Shown here: positions 18,619-29,078 of the stretch, one piece after another
Layout of the letters: every line of letters starts with the position of its first letter
Numbering within the stretch: the stretch's first letter is position 1
DNA from: Planctomycetota bacterium
Lineage (GTDB): Bacteria > Planctomycetota > UBA11346
Assembly (NCBI GenBank): GCA_038213805.1
Contig: JBBQSO010000007.1
Span: 32,001-96,000, forward strand
Direction: 5' to 3'
Length of the DNA: 64,000 nucleotides
Notes under the pieces: model-generated
Database searches by the model: none
Told to the model about the DNA's origin: nothing
What the model saw: the letters and a program-made list of their open reading frames with translations, nothing else
Translations under genes and position numbers: made by a program

Positions 18619-19686
18619 ATGCAGACCATGCCATTCGCCCCCGTGCCCAGCCTGCGCGAGATCTCAGAACGTTGCGGCATGGCCAGGTCGACGGTCGGCC
18701 ACATCCTGGGCGGTCGCTCGCACCTGTTCCGGCCCGAAACGCGCGAGCTGGTGCTGCGCACGGCGGAGCAGCTGGGCTGGAAGCGGCCCGCGGACTGGCG
18801 GTCCGTGCGGCGTGCGCGCTTCGGCTGCGCTGTGCTGCTGAAGAGCGTCATGCAGGAATGCAGCTGGATCGGGATGAATTTCCTCGTCGCCCTCGAAGAC
18901 CGCCTGCTGGATCGGAACATGCACCTGGCGATGGCGCGCCTGCCCGACGCCACCCTCGCCTCGGAGACCGCCCTGCGCCGGCTGCTGAAGCAGTGGTCGG
19001 CCGATGGGATGTTCATCAGCTACACGCAGCGGCCCCCACCGCGCCTGCACGCGCTGATCGCCGGCCTGGACCTGCCCGCGGTGTGGCTGAACAGCTGCGC
19101 CGCGATGGATGCGGTGCACCCCGACGACCTGGGGGCTGGACGCAGCGCAGCGGAGCTGCTGCTCGCAGCGGGTCACCGCCGCATCGCCTACGTCGGATAT
19201 GCTTTTCCGCTCAACACGCCAGCCGACAAACTGCACTACAGCGACGCGGATCGTCCAGCCGGCGCCCGGACTGCGGTGCTCGCCTGCGGAGCGGACTGGC
19301 GGCATGTCGGTGGCGTCGACAGCACCTTGGTCGCCACGTGGCGCGAGCGCCTGGCGCGCAGCGACCGCGAGACCGCCGTGATCGCCTACAGTCCGCACCA
19401 GATCCTGCCCGTGCTCCATGCCGCGGCGCTGCTGGGCCTGCGCGTGCCCCATGACCTGTCGCTGATCACTTTCCACGACGAGAACGTGCGGCTGCTCGAC
19501 CAGGAGATCGCTTGTCTCGAGCTGCCCGACGCAAACCTCGCCGAGATCGCTGTCGCGCATCTCTGCGCCCGCATCGGTGGCGCGCCGTCCCGTGCGCTTG
19601 ATCCGGTGCCGTTCACGGTGCGTTCGACGCTGACGGTCGGGCCGCCTCCAGCGCGCGGACCGTCGCGGTCGGGCACGCGGCACTGA
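18619..19686 (+). CDS. LacI-family transcriptional regulator
   Basis: PSLREISERCGMARSTVGHILG HTH, AGHRRIAYVG, LRVPHDLSLITFHD. Confidence 0.9.
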   Translation: MQTMPFAPVPSLREISERCGMARSTVGHILGGRSHLFRPETRELVLRTAEQLGWKRPADWRSVRRARFGCAVLLKSVMQECSWIGMNFLVALEDRLLDRNMHLAMARLPDATLASETALRRLLKQWSADGMFISYTQRPPPRLHALIAGLDLPAVWLNSCAAMDAVHPDDLGAGRSAAELLLAAGHRRIAYVGYAFPLNTPADKLHYSDADRPAGARTAVLACGADWRHVGGVDSTLVATWRERLARSDRETAVIAYSPHQILPVLHAAALLGLRVPHDLSLITFHDENVRLLDQEIACLELPDANLAEIAVAHLCARIGGAPSRALDPVPFTVRSTLTVGPPPARGPSRSGTRH

Positions 19687-19885
19687 CGCGGACGGGCGCT
19701 GCCCGACCAGACGCGGCGCGGCGCGCATCAGCAGCGCTGCAGCGTGGAAGAAAAATCAGCACTACATGAGGCAGGCGCGTTCGCGCCGACCCGCAAGCGT
19801 CCACGTTTCCGGACGTGTCATACTCCACCGATCGTGCCGATTTTTAGACAGCTGCTTAGACATGGGTGGGCTACGCTGCCGGGCC

Positions 19886-20050
19886 ATGCCCCAGCCCGCC
19901 CGACCCGGCCATCCACGCGCACGCGCGCCCTCGGGGCATTGCTTGCCGTTACTTTGCTGGTCGGCGCGACCGCCTGCATCCGGGCCGCGGATCTGCAGGT
20001 GATGACCGTCGGCGACGCGATCACCGCCGGCTTCCAGTATCAGCCTCACT
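19886..20050 (+). pseudogene. Remnant of a secreted SGNH/GDSL hydrolase (signal peptide plus block I only)
   Basis: ALGALLAVTLLVGATACIRAADLQVMTVGDAITAG resembles the (I/V)MPLGDSIT-G block with Ser replaced by Ala. ATG 19886 is out of frame and similarity stops before the GH31 RBS. Confidence 0.5.
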
Positions 20051-20065
20051 CAAAAGGAAAAGCAC

Positions 20066-23000
20066 ATGAGCCTCGCTCCCCGCCGCGACACCACGCTGTC
20101 GATCCGCTCCTCGCGCCTGCTGTCGACCGCCCTTGGCGGGCTTGGCTGCCTGGCCCTGTCCACCGCGGTGGCGGCGGCCGAGCCTGGGAACGTCACGCTC
20201 CAGGCGCAAACCGCGGAATCGGTCACCCTGGCCAACGCCGGGGGTGATCGCGTCTTCGTGCGCGTGCTGAAACCGAATCTGCTGGAGGTCGATTACCGCC
20301 CCGGCAACCAGACCTCGCCAATGACGCTGATCATGGATCCCGGCTTCGCCGCGAAGACCTGGTCGCCGGGCACCGTCTCGATCGCCGATGGCGCGTCCGA
20401 GGTGGTGCTGACCACGTCGGCCATGGTCGTGCGCATCGCCAAGTCCCCCTGCCGCGTGAACGTCTACGAGACCGACGGCACGACGCGCATTTTCGGCGAG
20501 GCGGCCGCCGCGGGCATGACCGACGCGCGGGTGAAGTTCGAGTTCGACGCGAACCTCAACTGGTACGGCATCCAGTCCGCGCCCAGCACGCGCGGACGGG
20601 AGATGGGCTCCACGACCTTGGGCGATTATGTGACCAAGACCTTCGTCACGCAGCTCACCCGGCAGAACGTCACGCCGGCCGTCGACCTGAACGCGCGCTG
20701 GCACGGCAGCGAGACCGGACCCTTCGCGTGGACGACCGGCGCCGCCAGCAAGCGCGGCTTCGGTGTGCTCTGGGACAACGATGGCGGCAGCGTCGCCTTC
20801 TCAAGCACCACGCTGGAGATGAACAAGACCAACGAGCGCTGCGTCAGCGCCGTCTCGTCGACCAAGCTGGACACCCTGTGGTTCGCCATGGTGGGCACGC
20901 CCACCGAAATCACCCAGGCGATGATCGAGCTCAGCGGCCGCCCCCAGATGTTCCCCAAGTACGCCCAGGGCTTCGGCAACACCGAGTGGGGCATCAACGA
21001 GGAGGAGCTGCGCTCGCACATCAACGCCTACCGCTCGCGCCACATCCCGCTCGACCACTTCATCCTCGATTTCGACTGGAAGGCGTGGGATCTGAACGAC
21101 TACGGCAACTTCGAGTGGAACCTGCGCGCAACGAACGTCGCGGCCAGCGACTTCCGCGGCTTCCCCGCGGCCAGCGACACCACGCTCAAGACCTACACCG
21201 ACGCCATGGGTGTGAAGCTGATGGGCATCACCAAACCCCGCCTGCACGTCGACACCGTGCAGGGCGCGGTGATCACCGCGGGGGCGGCGACCGGGGCCAC
21301 CTGGCGCAACGCCGGCAGCGTCGGCTGGTGGCTGCCGTCCGGTAGTCCGAGCACCTTCAAGACCGACTACTGGGGTTCGCAGCGCGGCCGCAGCGACAAG
21401 GTCGGCAACCTGAACTTCTTCATCCCCGCAGCGCGCGCCTGGTATGCGCAGAACAGCATCGACCGCGCCTTCGATAAGGGCATCGTCGGTTACTGGCACG
21501 ATGAAGGCGACGAAGGCCCGGATTCGGGCGACATCCCGTCCGCGAGCAACTTCTACAATCCGCTCTACCAAGAAGGCATCTACACCTACCAGCGCGCCAA
21601 CAAGCCGGGGACCCGCGTCTGGTCGATGAACCGGCACTCGTACCTGGGTTCCCAGCGCTACGGCTATGGCGTCTGGAGCGGCGACATCAGCACCGACTGG
21701 CGCACGCTCAAGACCGAGGCGCCGCGCATGCTGCAGACCATCAACGCCGGCATGGCGCGCACGGGCACTGACGCGGGCGGGACCGCGGGAAGCGCGGATT
21801 CCATCGGCACGATCGCGACCGACGGCGTGAGCAAGAACGTCCCGACCGACGAGTTGTACGCGCGCTGGCTGCAATTCGCGGCCATGCAGCCGACTTTCCG
21901 CATCCACGGCGTCTACCTGATCAACCGCCAGCCGTGGTTCCACGGCAGCGAGGCCGAGATCGCGGCGACCGAGGTCATCCGCCTACGCTCGCGGCTGATG
22001 CCGTACATCTACGCGCACGACCGCATTTACAGCGAGACGGGTGTGCCCTTCGTGCAGCCGCTGGTGTGGGACTATCCCAAGGATGCCAACGTCGCGGAGC
22101 GCACCGACGCGTGGATGTTCGGCCGCGCACTGCTGGCCGCTCCGATCCTCGAACCCCGCGCCACCGTCACCAGCCCCGACGGCAGCCTGTCGATGGCCGG
22201 GACCACCAGCAAGTCCATCTACCTGCCGGCGGGAACCTGGTACGACTACTTCCGCGGGACGGTGCACGCGGGCGGCGCCACTTTCATCTACCCGGTGTCC
22301 ACGTCGACGCTGCGCGAACTCCCGCTCTTCATCAAGAAAGGCGCGATCATCCCCAGCCTGCCCACGGCGCTCGACCACGTCGCTGCCGCGCCCATCACCA
22401 CGGTGCGCCTGGACATGTTCCCGGACACCGCGCTGACCAGCTTCACCTATTACGACGATGACGGCGTCAGCTACCAGTACGAGAGCGGAACCTTCTTCAA
22501 GCAGGCCGTGTCGGTGCAGCAGAGCGGGTCAACCGTCACCGTCGCCTTCGCCGACAAGCAGGGCGGATTCGCACCCGCGCTGCAGCACTATCTGATCGCG
22601 ATCAACAAGTTCTCGGCAACCACGGTGGCCGGCTTCACCAGCTTCGCTTCGCAGGCCGCGCTGGAGGCTGCCTCCGGTGAAGGCTATGCCATCGGGTCGG
22701 GCGTGCACGGCAGCATCACGTACATCAAGGTCGCTGCAGGCTCTGCGCGCACCATCACCGCGACCGGGACGAATCCGGGTCTGGGCATTGCGACCACCAC
22801 GCTGCCCGCGGCGACGCGGAATGCCCCCTATGACGCGCAGCTCGGCGCAGATGGTCTCGGCGCCAGCTCCACCTGGAGCGTCACGCCCGCCCTTCCCGCC
22901 GGCCTGGTCTTGGATGCGCGCACCGGGCGCATCACTGGTGCAGCGACTGTCGCGGGCAGCACCTCGTACACCTTCCAGGTGTCTTCGGGCGCGACCGCCA

Positions 23001-24610
23001 GCAAAGCGCTGACGCTGACCGTGACCGCCGCGCCGCTGCTCGCCCATGAAGCGTTCCCGTACACCAGCGGCGCCATCGACTGGAATGGCCAGGGCGGCGA
23101 GAACGGCTTCGCCGAACCTTGGAACCGGCTGGTCGGCGGAAATGGCCAGGGCCAGGTTCCGGTGTATCCCGCAAGCTACGTGGCTGGGCTTTCCGCTTTC
23201 GGAGTCACCGCCACGGGCGGCGCCGTGCAGCTGACGAGCGTGCAGCAAATCCCCGGAAATACCAACAGCCAGAAGAACCCCGAGTATGCGCGGCGCCTGC
23301 TGACCGGGTTCAGCGATGGCGGCTCTGCTGGCGCCAACGCCTGGATCAGCTTCATCGGCAAGGGTACGACTCCCGGCACAGGCTATCTCGGCGTCGGCCT
23401 CTTCAACGGCAACACCGAGAAGATGTTCATCGGACAGCGCTTCGGGATGAGCAACTGGGGTGTCGAGGTCGCCGGTGGTGGTGGATCCGCCGACAGCACC
23501 TCCAGCCTGTCGAGCACCGCCTTCGTGGTGGTGAACATCCGCGTGCTCAGCGGCAGCTCGCGGGAGGTGCGGCTGTGGGTGAACCCGACCCCTGGAACGT
23601 CGGCGCCGAGCGATGCGGGCGCCGCCCTGGTCACCACGGGCACGGAGCTGTCATTCGACACGCTGCGCCTGCGCGGCGACAGCATGGTATCCAAGCTGAC
23701 CGTCGACGAGTTGCGCGTGGGCGCATCCTTCGCCGATATCAGCGGCGTCACCGTGGCGCATCCGACGCTGCAGGTGTCGCGGGCCGGCAACGCGATCGGC
23801 GATGGCGGCAGCGATGTGGTCGTCGGAAGCGCTGCGGGCACCGCCCAGGCGCTGACCTTCGTACTGACGAATTCAGGCTCCGCCCCGCTTTCGGTCACCA
23901 CACCGGTCACGGTGTCGGGCATGACGAACTGCTCTGCGTCGGTCACGACCCAACCGGGCAGCGCGATCGGCACTGGAGCCACGTCCGACCTGGTGGTGAC
24001 CGTGACGCCGACCGCCGTCGGCGCGTGGTCGCTCGCGCTGGCGGTGGTGAACACCGACAGCAATGCCACCCCGTACGACTGGACGGTGACGGGCACGGCG
24101 GGCGCCGTCGCGGTTCCCGGACTCGCCATCACCCGCAGCGGGACGACCATCGCCGATGGCGGGACGGATGGGGTCGCCGGTGCAGTCGCCGGCTCGCCCC
24201 AGGCGCTGACCTACGTGCTCGCCAACAGCGGCGGCGCTGTGCTCGGAGTGACCGTTCCCGTGACCCTGTCGGGCGTGACCAACTGCACCGCGACCGTGAC
24301 GACGCAGCCTGCTGCATCGATCCCCGCCGGTGGAAACGGCACGTTCGTGCTGACGGTCACCCCGACAGTCGCCGGGCCGTGGTCGTGCTTGGTCTCGATC
24401 ACGAACACCGACGTCAGCCACGCGCCCTACGACTGGACCGTCTCCGGCACCGCGCAGGCGGCCGTCAGCGGGCCGACGGGCGGCTCGAGTGGTGGCTCGA
24501 GTGGTGGCGGCAGCCATGGCTGCGGCCTGGGGCAGGGCATTGCGTTGGTACTCATGCTCGGGTTCAGCCTGATGTGGCGATTCAGGAGCGGGCGTCGGCC
24601 CACGGGCTGA
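20066..24610 (+). CDS. Secreted multidomain GH31 alpha-glycosidase with DUF5110-like, putative Ig and two choice-of-anchor-D-like repeats and C-terminal CGLG-TM-Arg tail
   Basis: RBS AAAGGA and signal peptide. IPLDHFILDFDW, GYWHDEGDE nucleophile, VWSGD acid/base, ELYARWLQF and YLPAGTWYDYF. Two internal repeats of about 115 aa ending PYDWTV. Confidence 0.9.
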   Translation: MSLAPRRDTTLSIRSSRLLSTALGGLGCLALSTAVAAAEPGNVTLQAQTAESVTLANAGGDRVFVRVLKPNLLEVDYRPGNQTSPMTLIMDPGFAAKTWSPGTVSIADGASEVVLTTSAMVVRIAKSPCRVNVYETDGTTRIFGEAAAAGMTDARVKFEFDANLNWYGIQSAPSTRGREMGSTTLGDYVTKTFVTQLTRQNVTPAVDLNARWHGSETGPFAWTTGAASKRGFGVLWDNDGGSVAFSSTTLEMNKTNERCVSAVSSTKLDTLWFAMVGTPTEITQAMIELSGRPQMFPKYAQGFGNTEWGINEEELRSHINAYRSRHIPLDHFILDFDWKAWDLNDYGNFEWNLRATNVAASDFRGFPAASDTTLKTYTDAMGVKLMGITKPRLHVDTVQGAVITAGAATGATWRNAGSVGWWLPSGSPSTFKTDYWGSQRGRSDKVGNLNFFIPAARAWYAQNSIDRAFDKGIVGYWHDEGDEGPDSGDIPSASNFYNPLYQEGIYTYQRANKPGTRVWSMNRHSYLGSQRYGYGVWSGDISTDWRTLKTEAPRMLQTINAGMARTGTDAGGTAGSADSIGTIATDGVSKNVPTDELYARWLQFAAMQPTFRIHGVYLINRQPWFHGSEAEIAATEVIRLRSRLMPYIYAHDRIYSETGVPFVQPLVWDYPKDANVAERTDAWMFGRALLAAPILEPRATVTSPDGSLSMAGTTSKSIYLPAGTWYDYFRGTVHAGGATFIYPVSTSTLRELPLFIKKGAIIPSLPTALDHVAAAPITTVRLDMFPDTALTSFTYYDDDGVSYQYESGTFFKQAVSVQQSGSTVTVAFADKQGGFAPALQHYLIAINKFSATTVAGFTSFASQAALEAASGEGYAIGSGVHGSITYIKVAAGSARTITATGTNPGLGIATTTLPAATRNAPYDAQLGADGLGASSTWSVTPALPAGLVLDARTGRITGAATVAGSTSYTFQVSSGATASKALTLTVTAAPLLAHEAFPYTSGAIDWNGQGGENGFAEPWNRLVGGNGQGQVPVYPASYVAGLSAFGVTATGGAVQLTSVQQIPGNTNSQKNPEYARRLLTGFSDGGSAGANAWISFIGKGTTPGTGYLGVGLFNGNTEKMFIGQRFGMSNWGVEVAGGGGSADSTSSLSSTAFVVVNIRVLSGSSREVRLWVNPTPGTSAPSDAGAALVTTGTELSFDTLRLRGDSMVSKLTVDELRVGASFADISGVTVAHPTLQVSRAGNAIGDGGSDVVVGSAAGTAQALTFVLTNSGSAPLSVTTPVTVSGMTNCSASVTTQPGSAIGTGATSDLVVTVTPTAVGAWSLALAVVNTDSNATPYDWTVTGTAGAVAVPGLAITRSGTTIADGGTDGVAGAVAGSPQALTYVLANSGGAVLGVTVPVTLSGVTNCTATVTTQPAASIPAGGNGTFVLTVTPTVAGPWSCLVSITNTDVSHAPYDWTVSGTAQAAVSGPTGGSSGGSSGGGSHGCGLGQGIALVLMLGFSLMWRFRSGRRPTG

Positions 24611-24729
24611 GGGCATCGTCCGCCAGGTGCCCGTGGAAGCGATCCCCGTGATCGATCCCGCATGGATGGGCGAGGGCTCTCAACCGACGAAATCCATGCG
24701 GACACGCCCCTACCATCGAGCCAACGCCA

Positions 24730-25014
24730 ATGAGCCAGGTCACCACCCGCACCTATCGTCAGAAATCAGACCACGCTGCCAGGGCAGACGAAGTAACCTG
24801 CCTGGGCTGCAAGAAAAGTGCACCGTGTGCATGCGGAGACGCCGCCAAGGACCCGGTGCGCATCTTCCAACAGCTGTTCGCGACCGCGATCCGCGCGTCC
24901 CGCCAACCAAAATTGTATCTGAGCGCGTGGGTCGAGGCACATCAGAGACGCGTACGGTGGGGCAGTCGGCGCCTCAGCCGGTGGAGCAAGGGCCCTGAAG
25001 GCCACATGGAGTGA
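24730..25014 (+). CDS. Possible small hypothetical protein with CxxC..CxC
   Basis: 94-aa ORF with non-shadow composition (TCLGCKKSAPCACG); no family recognised. Confidence 0.3.
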   Translation: MSQVTTRTYRQKSDHAARADEVTCLGCKKSAPCACGDAAKDPVRIFQQLFATAIRASRQPKLYLSAWVEAHQRRVRWGSRRLSRWSKGPEGHME

Positions 25015-25524
25015 GGAATCGCGATCACTCATCGGTGCGGGACCCGCCTTCGATGACTGTGCTGGCGAAACGCCTGAAGGTCAGGCGCGAACACCTGGGC
25101 CGGCTTGCGCACGGTGCCTGAGGACAGCCCCGGAGGTGTGGTTGCGCAGGTACCGGCTGGGACAGACCGTCGACCTGCCCGAATCGGGCATGGCCATCCC
25201 GCCGCGGTCACCTGCGGCTGCAGTTCCACGGCGCACCGCATCCATGCCTGCGGCCGGCTCCGCGGCACCACACCCAGACGCGGCTGACCGATCGCCACCC
25301 ATGAATGGTCCGCCATCACCTACTGTGCAGCTGCTGCCGCTCCACTACCCTGGCTGCGTCAGCCCCGATCAGCCGTCGTGCAGGATGGGTGGATTTGTGG
25401 TTTCATAAATACTGGTCCCATCGTACCTTTACCACGATGACGCATGGCATTGCCCCGCATAGCAGCATGGCCGCGCACCGGCACCACGCCGACTGCGAGC
25501 GCCCGTCGCGAGGCATGGTGAACG

Positions 25525-27498
25525 ATGGCTGATGCGGCTGCACCTTTGCCTCCTCGCGGACCGTTTCGCCTCCGCGGCCAGTGGGGCGAATTGGAGGTGG
25601 CACGCGCAGCCGATGTACCCCGCGCCCTCGCCAGCGCCTTCGCTGGAGAATCGGGGATTGAGATCACCGATGCGCGGAGTGGCGAGCACATCTCCAGGGA
25701 TTCGCTTCGCGAATGGTTCGGGGACGATGCTGACCGCTTCCTCACCTTGTCGCCATCCATCATCATCCCGCCGATGAAACAACGTGCCTCATCGGAAGAG
25801 GTTTCTGAGAGATTGCGGCAGCTTCGCAGCACAGCGCCTTCAGCAAGCGACTCCAGTGGGAATCGCAAGCCCGTAGCGCGCTCGAGGATGATCGCCGGCG
25901 GGGCGGTTGGCATCTCCGCGCTGGCGGTCGTGGGCTACTTTCTTGTCACCATCGCTAGCGCCCATGACCCCGTTTCGGCCAACCTCCCACAGGCCGAAAT
26001 CCAGATTCCCCGGGGGTCAGCCCAGGCGGACGCTCGCGCGCCTCGCTCTGACCAGGGCGGCCATCCCGCGGTGCCGGCAGCCCTCCACGAAATCCATTTC
26101 AGCAGCAGCACCCCGATCGCGTGTGACCCCGGGCGCTCCGTCACTCTCGGAAGGGCATCGCTTGCGCTGGCCCAGTCCGGGGCGACGCCTGACGAGCTCA
26201 TCTATAAACTAACGGTAGCGCCAGCGCACGGCTGGCTGCGCAGGGATTGCCTGCCCCTGGTTGCGGGCGCGACTTTCAGCCAAGCGGACGTGGACGACGA
26301 CCGCATCAGTTATGAGGCGGGCGACCTGGCGATGGCCGGAGACGCGTTCCAGGTCTCAGCCATGGGTCTTCAGCATGGGACCGTGCAGCCCACAGGGTGT
26401 CCGATCGTCGTCAGGAGCGCGGGCGCGGACCAGGGCCTGATCGCGTGGTACTCATTCGAGGAGGGAGTGGGCGATACCGTCGCTGATCGTAGCGGCCACG
26501 GCAACACCGGTACGCTTCGCCATGCCACATGGACCGCCGGTCCCCTCGGCACCGCCGTGACGTTCGATGGCCACGGCGGCATGGACGGTGGGAACGCGGC
26601 ACTGACTCGGCCATCACAAGCCACAACGCTGAGCGGCTGGGTGCGGACCACGCAGCGGACCTCTGATGCTTCGGTTTTCCGGCACGACGGGTACTTCACC
26701 CCCCTGCAGGTTCTATTCGGGAAGTCGTGGGTATCGCTTTGGAGCAATAACTCGTGGAGTAAGCTTGAGTTCGCCTGGAACGGCGTCCTCGCTACCGGCA
26801 CCTGGCACCATTTCGCAGCGAGTTATGGCGCTTCCAGTGGATTGAAAGTCTATGTGGATGGACACACGTACGCCAGCAACGACCAACTGCGTGGCCCACT
26901 GGCGAGCGGCACCACGAGCTCGTTCCTCATTGGAAATAGCGAAAATGGCAAGGAGCCCTACTTCGGGGACATCGATGAGGTGCGCATCTATGACCGAGTG
27001 CTGGAGCCAGGTGAAATCCGGTTACTCGCCCAACAAGCAGCGCCTGTGATATCGCATCTCGATGGCGGGACCGCTGCATATGTGACGGGCGGACCTGCAG
27101 TCACACTTGATGGGGCCAAGGTCGCGGCGGTCAGCGACCAGGACGACCTCTGCTTCGCGGGAGGCGGACTCCTAGTCGAACTGGCCAATCCGCTCGACGG
27201 CGACCTGCTCGGAATAAACGCCGCTGGGGCCATCAGCGCCACCGGCCAGGAAGTAAGCTTCCAGGGCAAGCATCTCGGCCTCATCTCAACGACGCATGAC
27301 GGTGCGCACGGGCATTCGCTCGAGATCACTTTCGACACCCAGATCGCCAGCCCAGAAGCCGTGTCCAACCTCATTCACGCGCTGGCGTATAGCAGTAGCG
27401 CGCCAACGGTGGAGGGCTCACGGACTGTCCGCATCCGGCTGAGTGATGGGGTGCTGACGAGTCTGGCTGCGACGGTGGTGGTGACGATCACGCCCTGA
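25525..27498 (+). CDS. Membrane-anchored protein with cadherin-like (CSPG-type) repeat, LamG/concanavalin-like domain and C-terminal Ig-like domain
   Basis: TM helix MIAGGAVGISALAVVGYFLV. TVAPAHGWL..FSQADVDDDRISY. LamG motifs LIAWYSFEEG..DRSGHGNTG, WHHFA and GDIDEVRIYDRVL. Confidence 0.8.
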   Translation: MADAAAPLPPRGPFRLRGQWGELEVARAADVPRALASAFAGESGIEITDARSGEHISRDSLREWFGDDADRFLTLSPSIIIPPMKQRASSEEVSERLRQLRSTAPSASDSSGNRKPVARSRMIAGGAVGISALAVVGYFLVTIASAHDPVSANLPQAEIQIPRGSAQADARAPRSDQGGHPAVPAALHEIHFSSSTPIACDPGRSVTLGRASLALAQSGATPDELIYKLTVAPAHGWLRRDCLPLVAGATFSQADVDDDRISYEAGDLAMAGDAFQVSAMGLQHGTVQPTGCPIVVRSAGADQGLIAWYSFEEGVGDTVADRSGHGNTGTLRHATWTAGPLGTAVTFDGHGGMDGGNAALTRPSQATTLSGWVRTTQRTSDASVFRHDGYFTPLQVLFGKSWVSLWSNNSWSKLEFAWNGVLATGTWHHFAASYGASSGLKVYVDGHTYASNDQLRGPLASGTTSSFLIGNSENGKEPYFGDIDEVRIYDRVLEPGEIRLLAQQAAPVISHLDGGTAAYVTGGPAVTLDGAKVAAVSDQDDLCFAGGGLLVELANPLDGDLLGINAAGAISATGQEVSFQGKHLGLISTTHDGAHGHSLEITFDTQIASPEAVSNLIHALAYSSSAPTVEGSRTVRIRLSDGVLTSLAATVVVTITP

Positions 27499-27564
27499 AC
27501 CGGTGCCGGCGCTCGTCCGCACGTGCTGCCCAACGCCGTCTGGCTGGGCCGCTTTCCCGGCTGA

Positions 27565-27801
27565 TCAACACGCCACCATCGGCGGTCGGAAACATGGGAT
27601 CCGCGTGGTACGCGAAACCTCGACCAAGGCGGCGCTGCGTGCGGCGAGGAACTCCTCGAGGGACTCCTGCCGCCGCCATTCCGGGCGGTGGGCGGCCAGC
27701 GCCTGGGCCTTGGCGTCATCGCTGGCCAGCTCGCGTTGACCGCAGCCAGCGAGCACGAGGGCGAGCGCGAGCGTTGGACCCACCAGCGAGCCGCTCACCA
27801 T
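27565..27801 (-). CDS. Small putative lipoprotein (possibly truncated)
   Basis: MVSGSLVGPTLALALVLAGC lipobox followed by a charged helical segment. Confidence 0.45.
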   Translation of the reverse strand: MVSGSLVGPTLALALVLAGCGQRELASDDAKAQALAAHRPEWRRQESLEEFLAARSAALVEVSRTTRIPCFRPPMVAC

Positions 27802-27984
27802 CGCAGATCCAGGTCGAGCCAGGGAATTCGTGCAGCGTCGCCGGCCCCGATTCCGCTCTGGCCACCACCGTCCACTCGCCCTCCCCTCCACGGGGCATGG
27901 TCGCCACGCAGCGCGTTCGGCAGGCGCAGCTGCAGGACGGCAAGATCCGCTCACCTGCGCGGGAAACCCGCGCGACCTCCCCCA

Positions 27985-28983
27985 TCACTTGCCGCGCAGC
28001 TTGTGCAGCTTTGCGCGGAACGCCGCCACATCCGGCGCGCGGATCGTCTGGGTGGGGACGTAGATGTGCTTGTCCGCGGGAATGAAGGATGCATCGCCGG
28101 CGAGCTGGCGAGCCAGCAATTTCAACGACTGGTAGCCGAACTCGTACGGTTGCTGCACGATGGTGCCCACCACGGTGCCGGATTCGATGCCGACCAGGGT
28201 CGCGTCTTCTTCATCGAACCCCACAACCTTGACCTTGCCGAGCTTGCCCGCGTCCGCGAGCGCGCTGAGGATGGCGGGAACGTTGTAGCCCGAAAGCCCG
28301 ACCATGCCGGCGAGCGCCGCATGGCTGACCAGGCTGTCGGCGGCGTTGGCCTTGGAGCGCGCGCGGTCGCCATCGTCGGCACGCAGGTCGAGGATGGTGA
28401 CATTGCTGCCGGCCAACCCCTCTTTCAGGCCCTGGAAGCGCTCGATGGAGTTCTGCTGGTCCTTCTTGCTGATAAAGACCATGATCTCGCCCCCGGCAGG
28501 CAGGGCCTCCTTGACCAGCACAGCGGCAGCGCGCCCGGCGGCGACGTTGTCGGTGCCCAGGTAGTACGCGCGTTTCGAGGCGGGCGCGTCGCTGTCCTGA
28601 CAGATCAGCAGCGCCTGCTGCGCCGCGTGGTCGAGCATCGCGCCCTGGTTGCCGGCGTCGACCGGGCTGATGGCGATCCCGACCGCGCCCTTCACCAGCA
28701 GATCTTCGACAATCTCCTTCTGCTTGGCGGCCGTGCCGTCGCCGATGCGGAACTCGAGGACGTAGCCCGGCAGTTCCCGTTGTGCCGCTTCGGCACCTGC
28801 GCGCGCGATGTTCCAGAAATCGGCAGGAAGGTTCGTGACGAAACCGAGCGTGCGTACCTGCGCAGCGCCAGCGGCCGGACCGGTCGGCACGGTGGAGTGC
28901 GGATCCTCGCCGCAGCTGACGAGCAGCAGGAGCGCGAGCGAGGTCAGTCCGAGAGCGGAAGCTGGGTGGGAGGCGATACGCAT
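27985..28983 (-). CDS. Sugar ABC-transporter substrate-binding lipoprotein (RbsB-like)
   Basis: Lipobox LVSC; DFWNIARAGAE, GIAISPVD, DSDAP, YLGTDN, VVGFDE and IVQQPYEFGY. Confidence 0.9.
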   Translation of the reverse strand: MRIASHPASALGLTSLALLLLVSCGEDPHSTVPTGPAAGAAQVRTLGFVTNLPADFWNIARAGAEAAQRELPGYVLEFRIGDGTAAKQKEIVEDLLVKGAVGIAISPVDAGNQGAMLDHAAQQALLICQDSDAPASKRAYYLGTDNVAAGRAAAVLVKEALPAGGEIMVFISKKDQQNSIERFQGLKEGLAGSNVTILDLRADDGDRARSKANAADSLVSHAALAGMVGLSGYNVPAILSALADAGKLGKVKVVGFDEEDATLVGIESGTVVGTIVQQPYEFGYQSLKLLARQLAGDASFIPADKHIYVPTQTIRAPDVAAFRAKLHKLRGK

Positions 28984-29078
28984 GGGGAAGTTCCAGGGGA
29001 TGGTGCCGGCGTGCAAATCACGTGCAGGTCGCGCTTGCAGAAGTGATGGATCACGCGCGGGAGCGCGCGGCCTGACGT

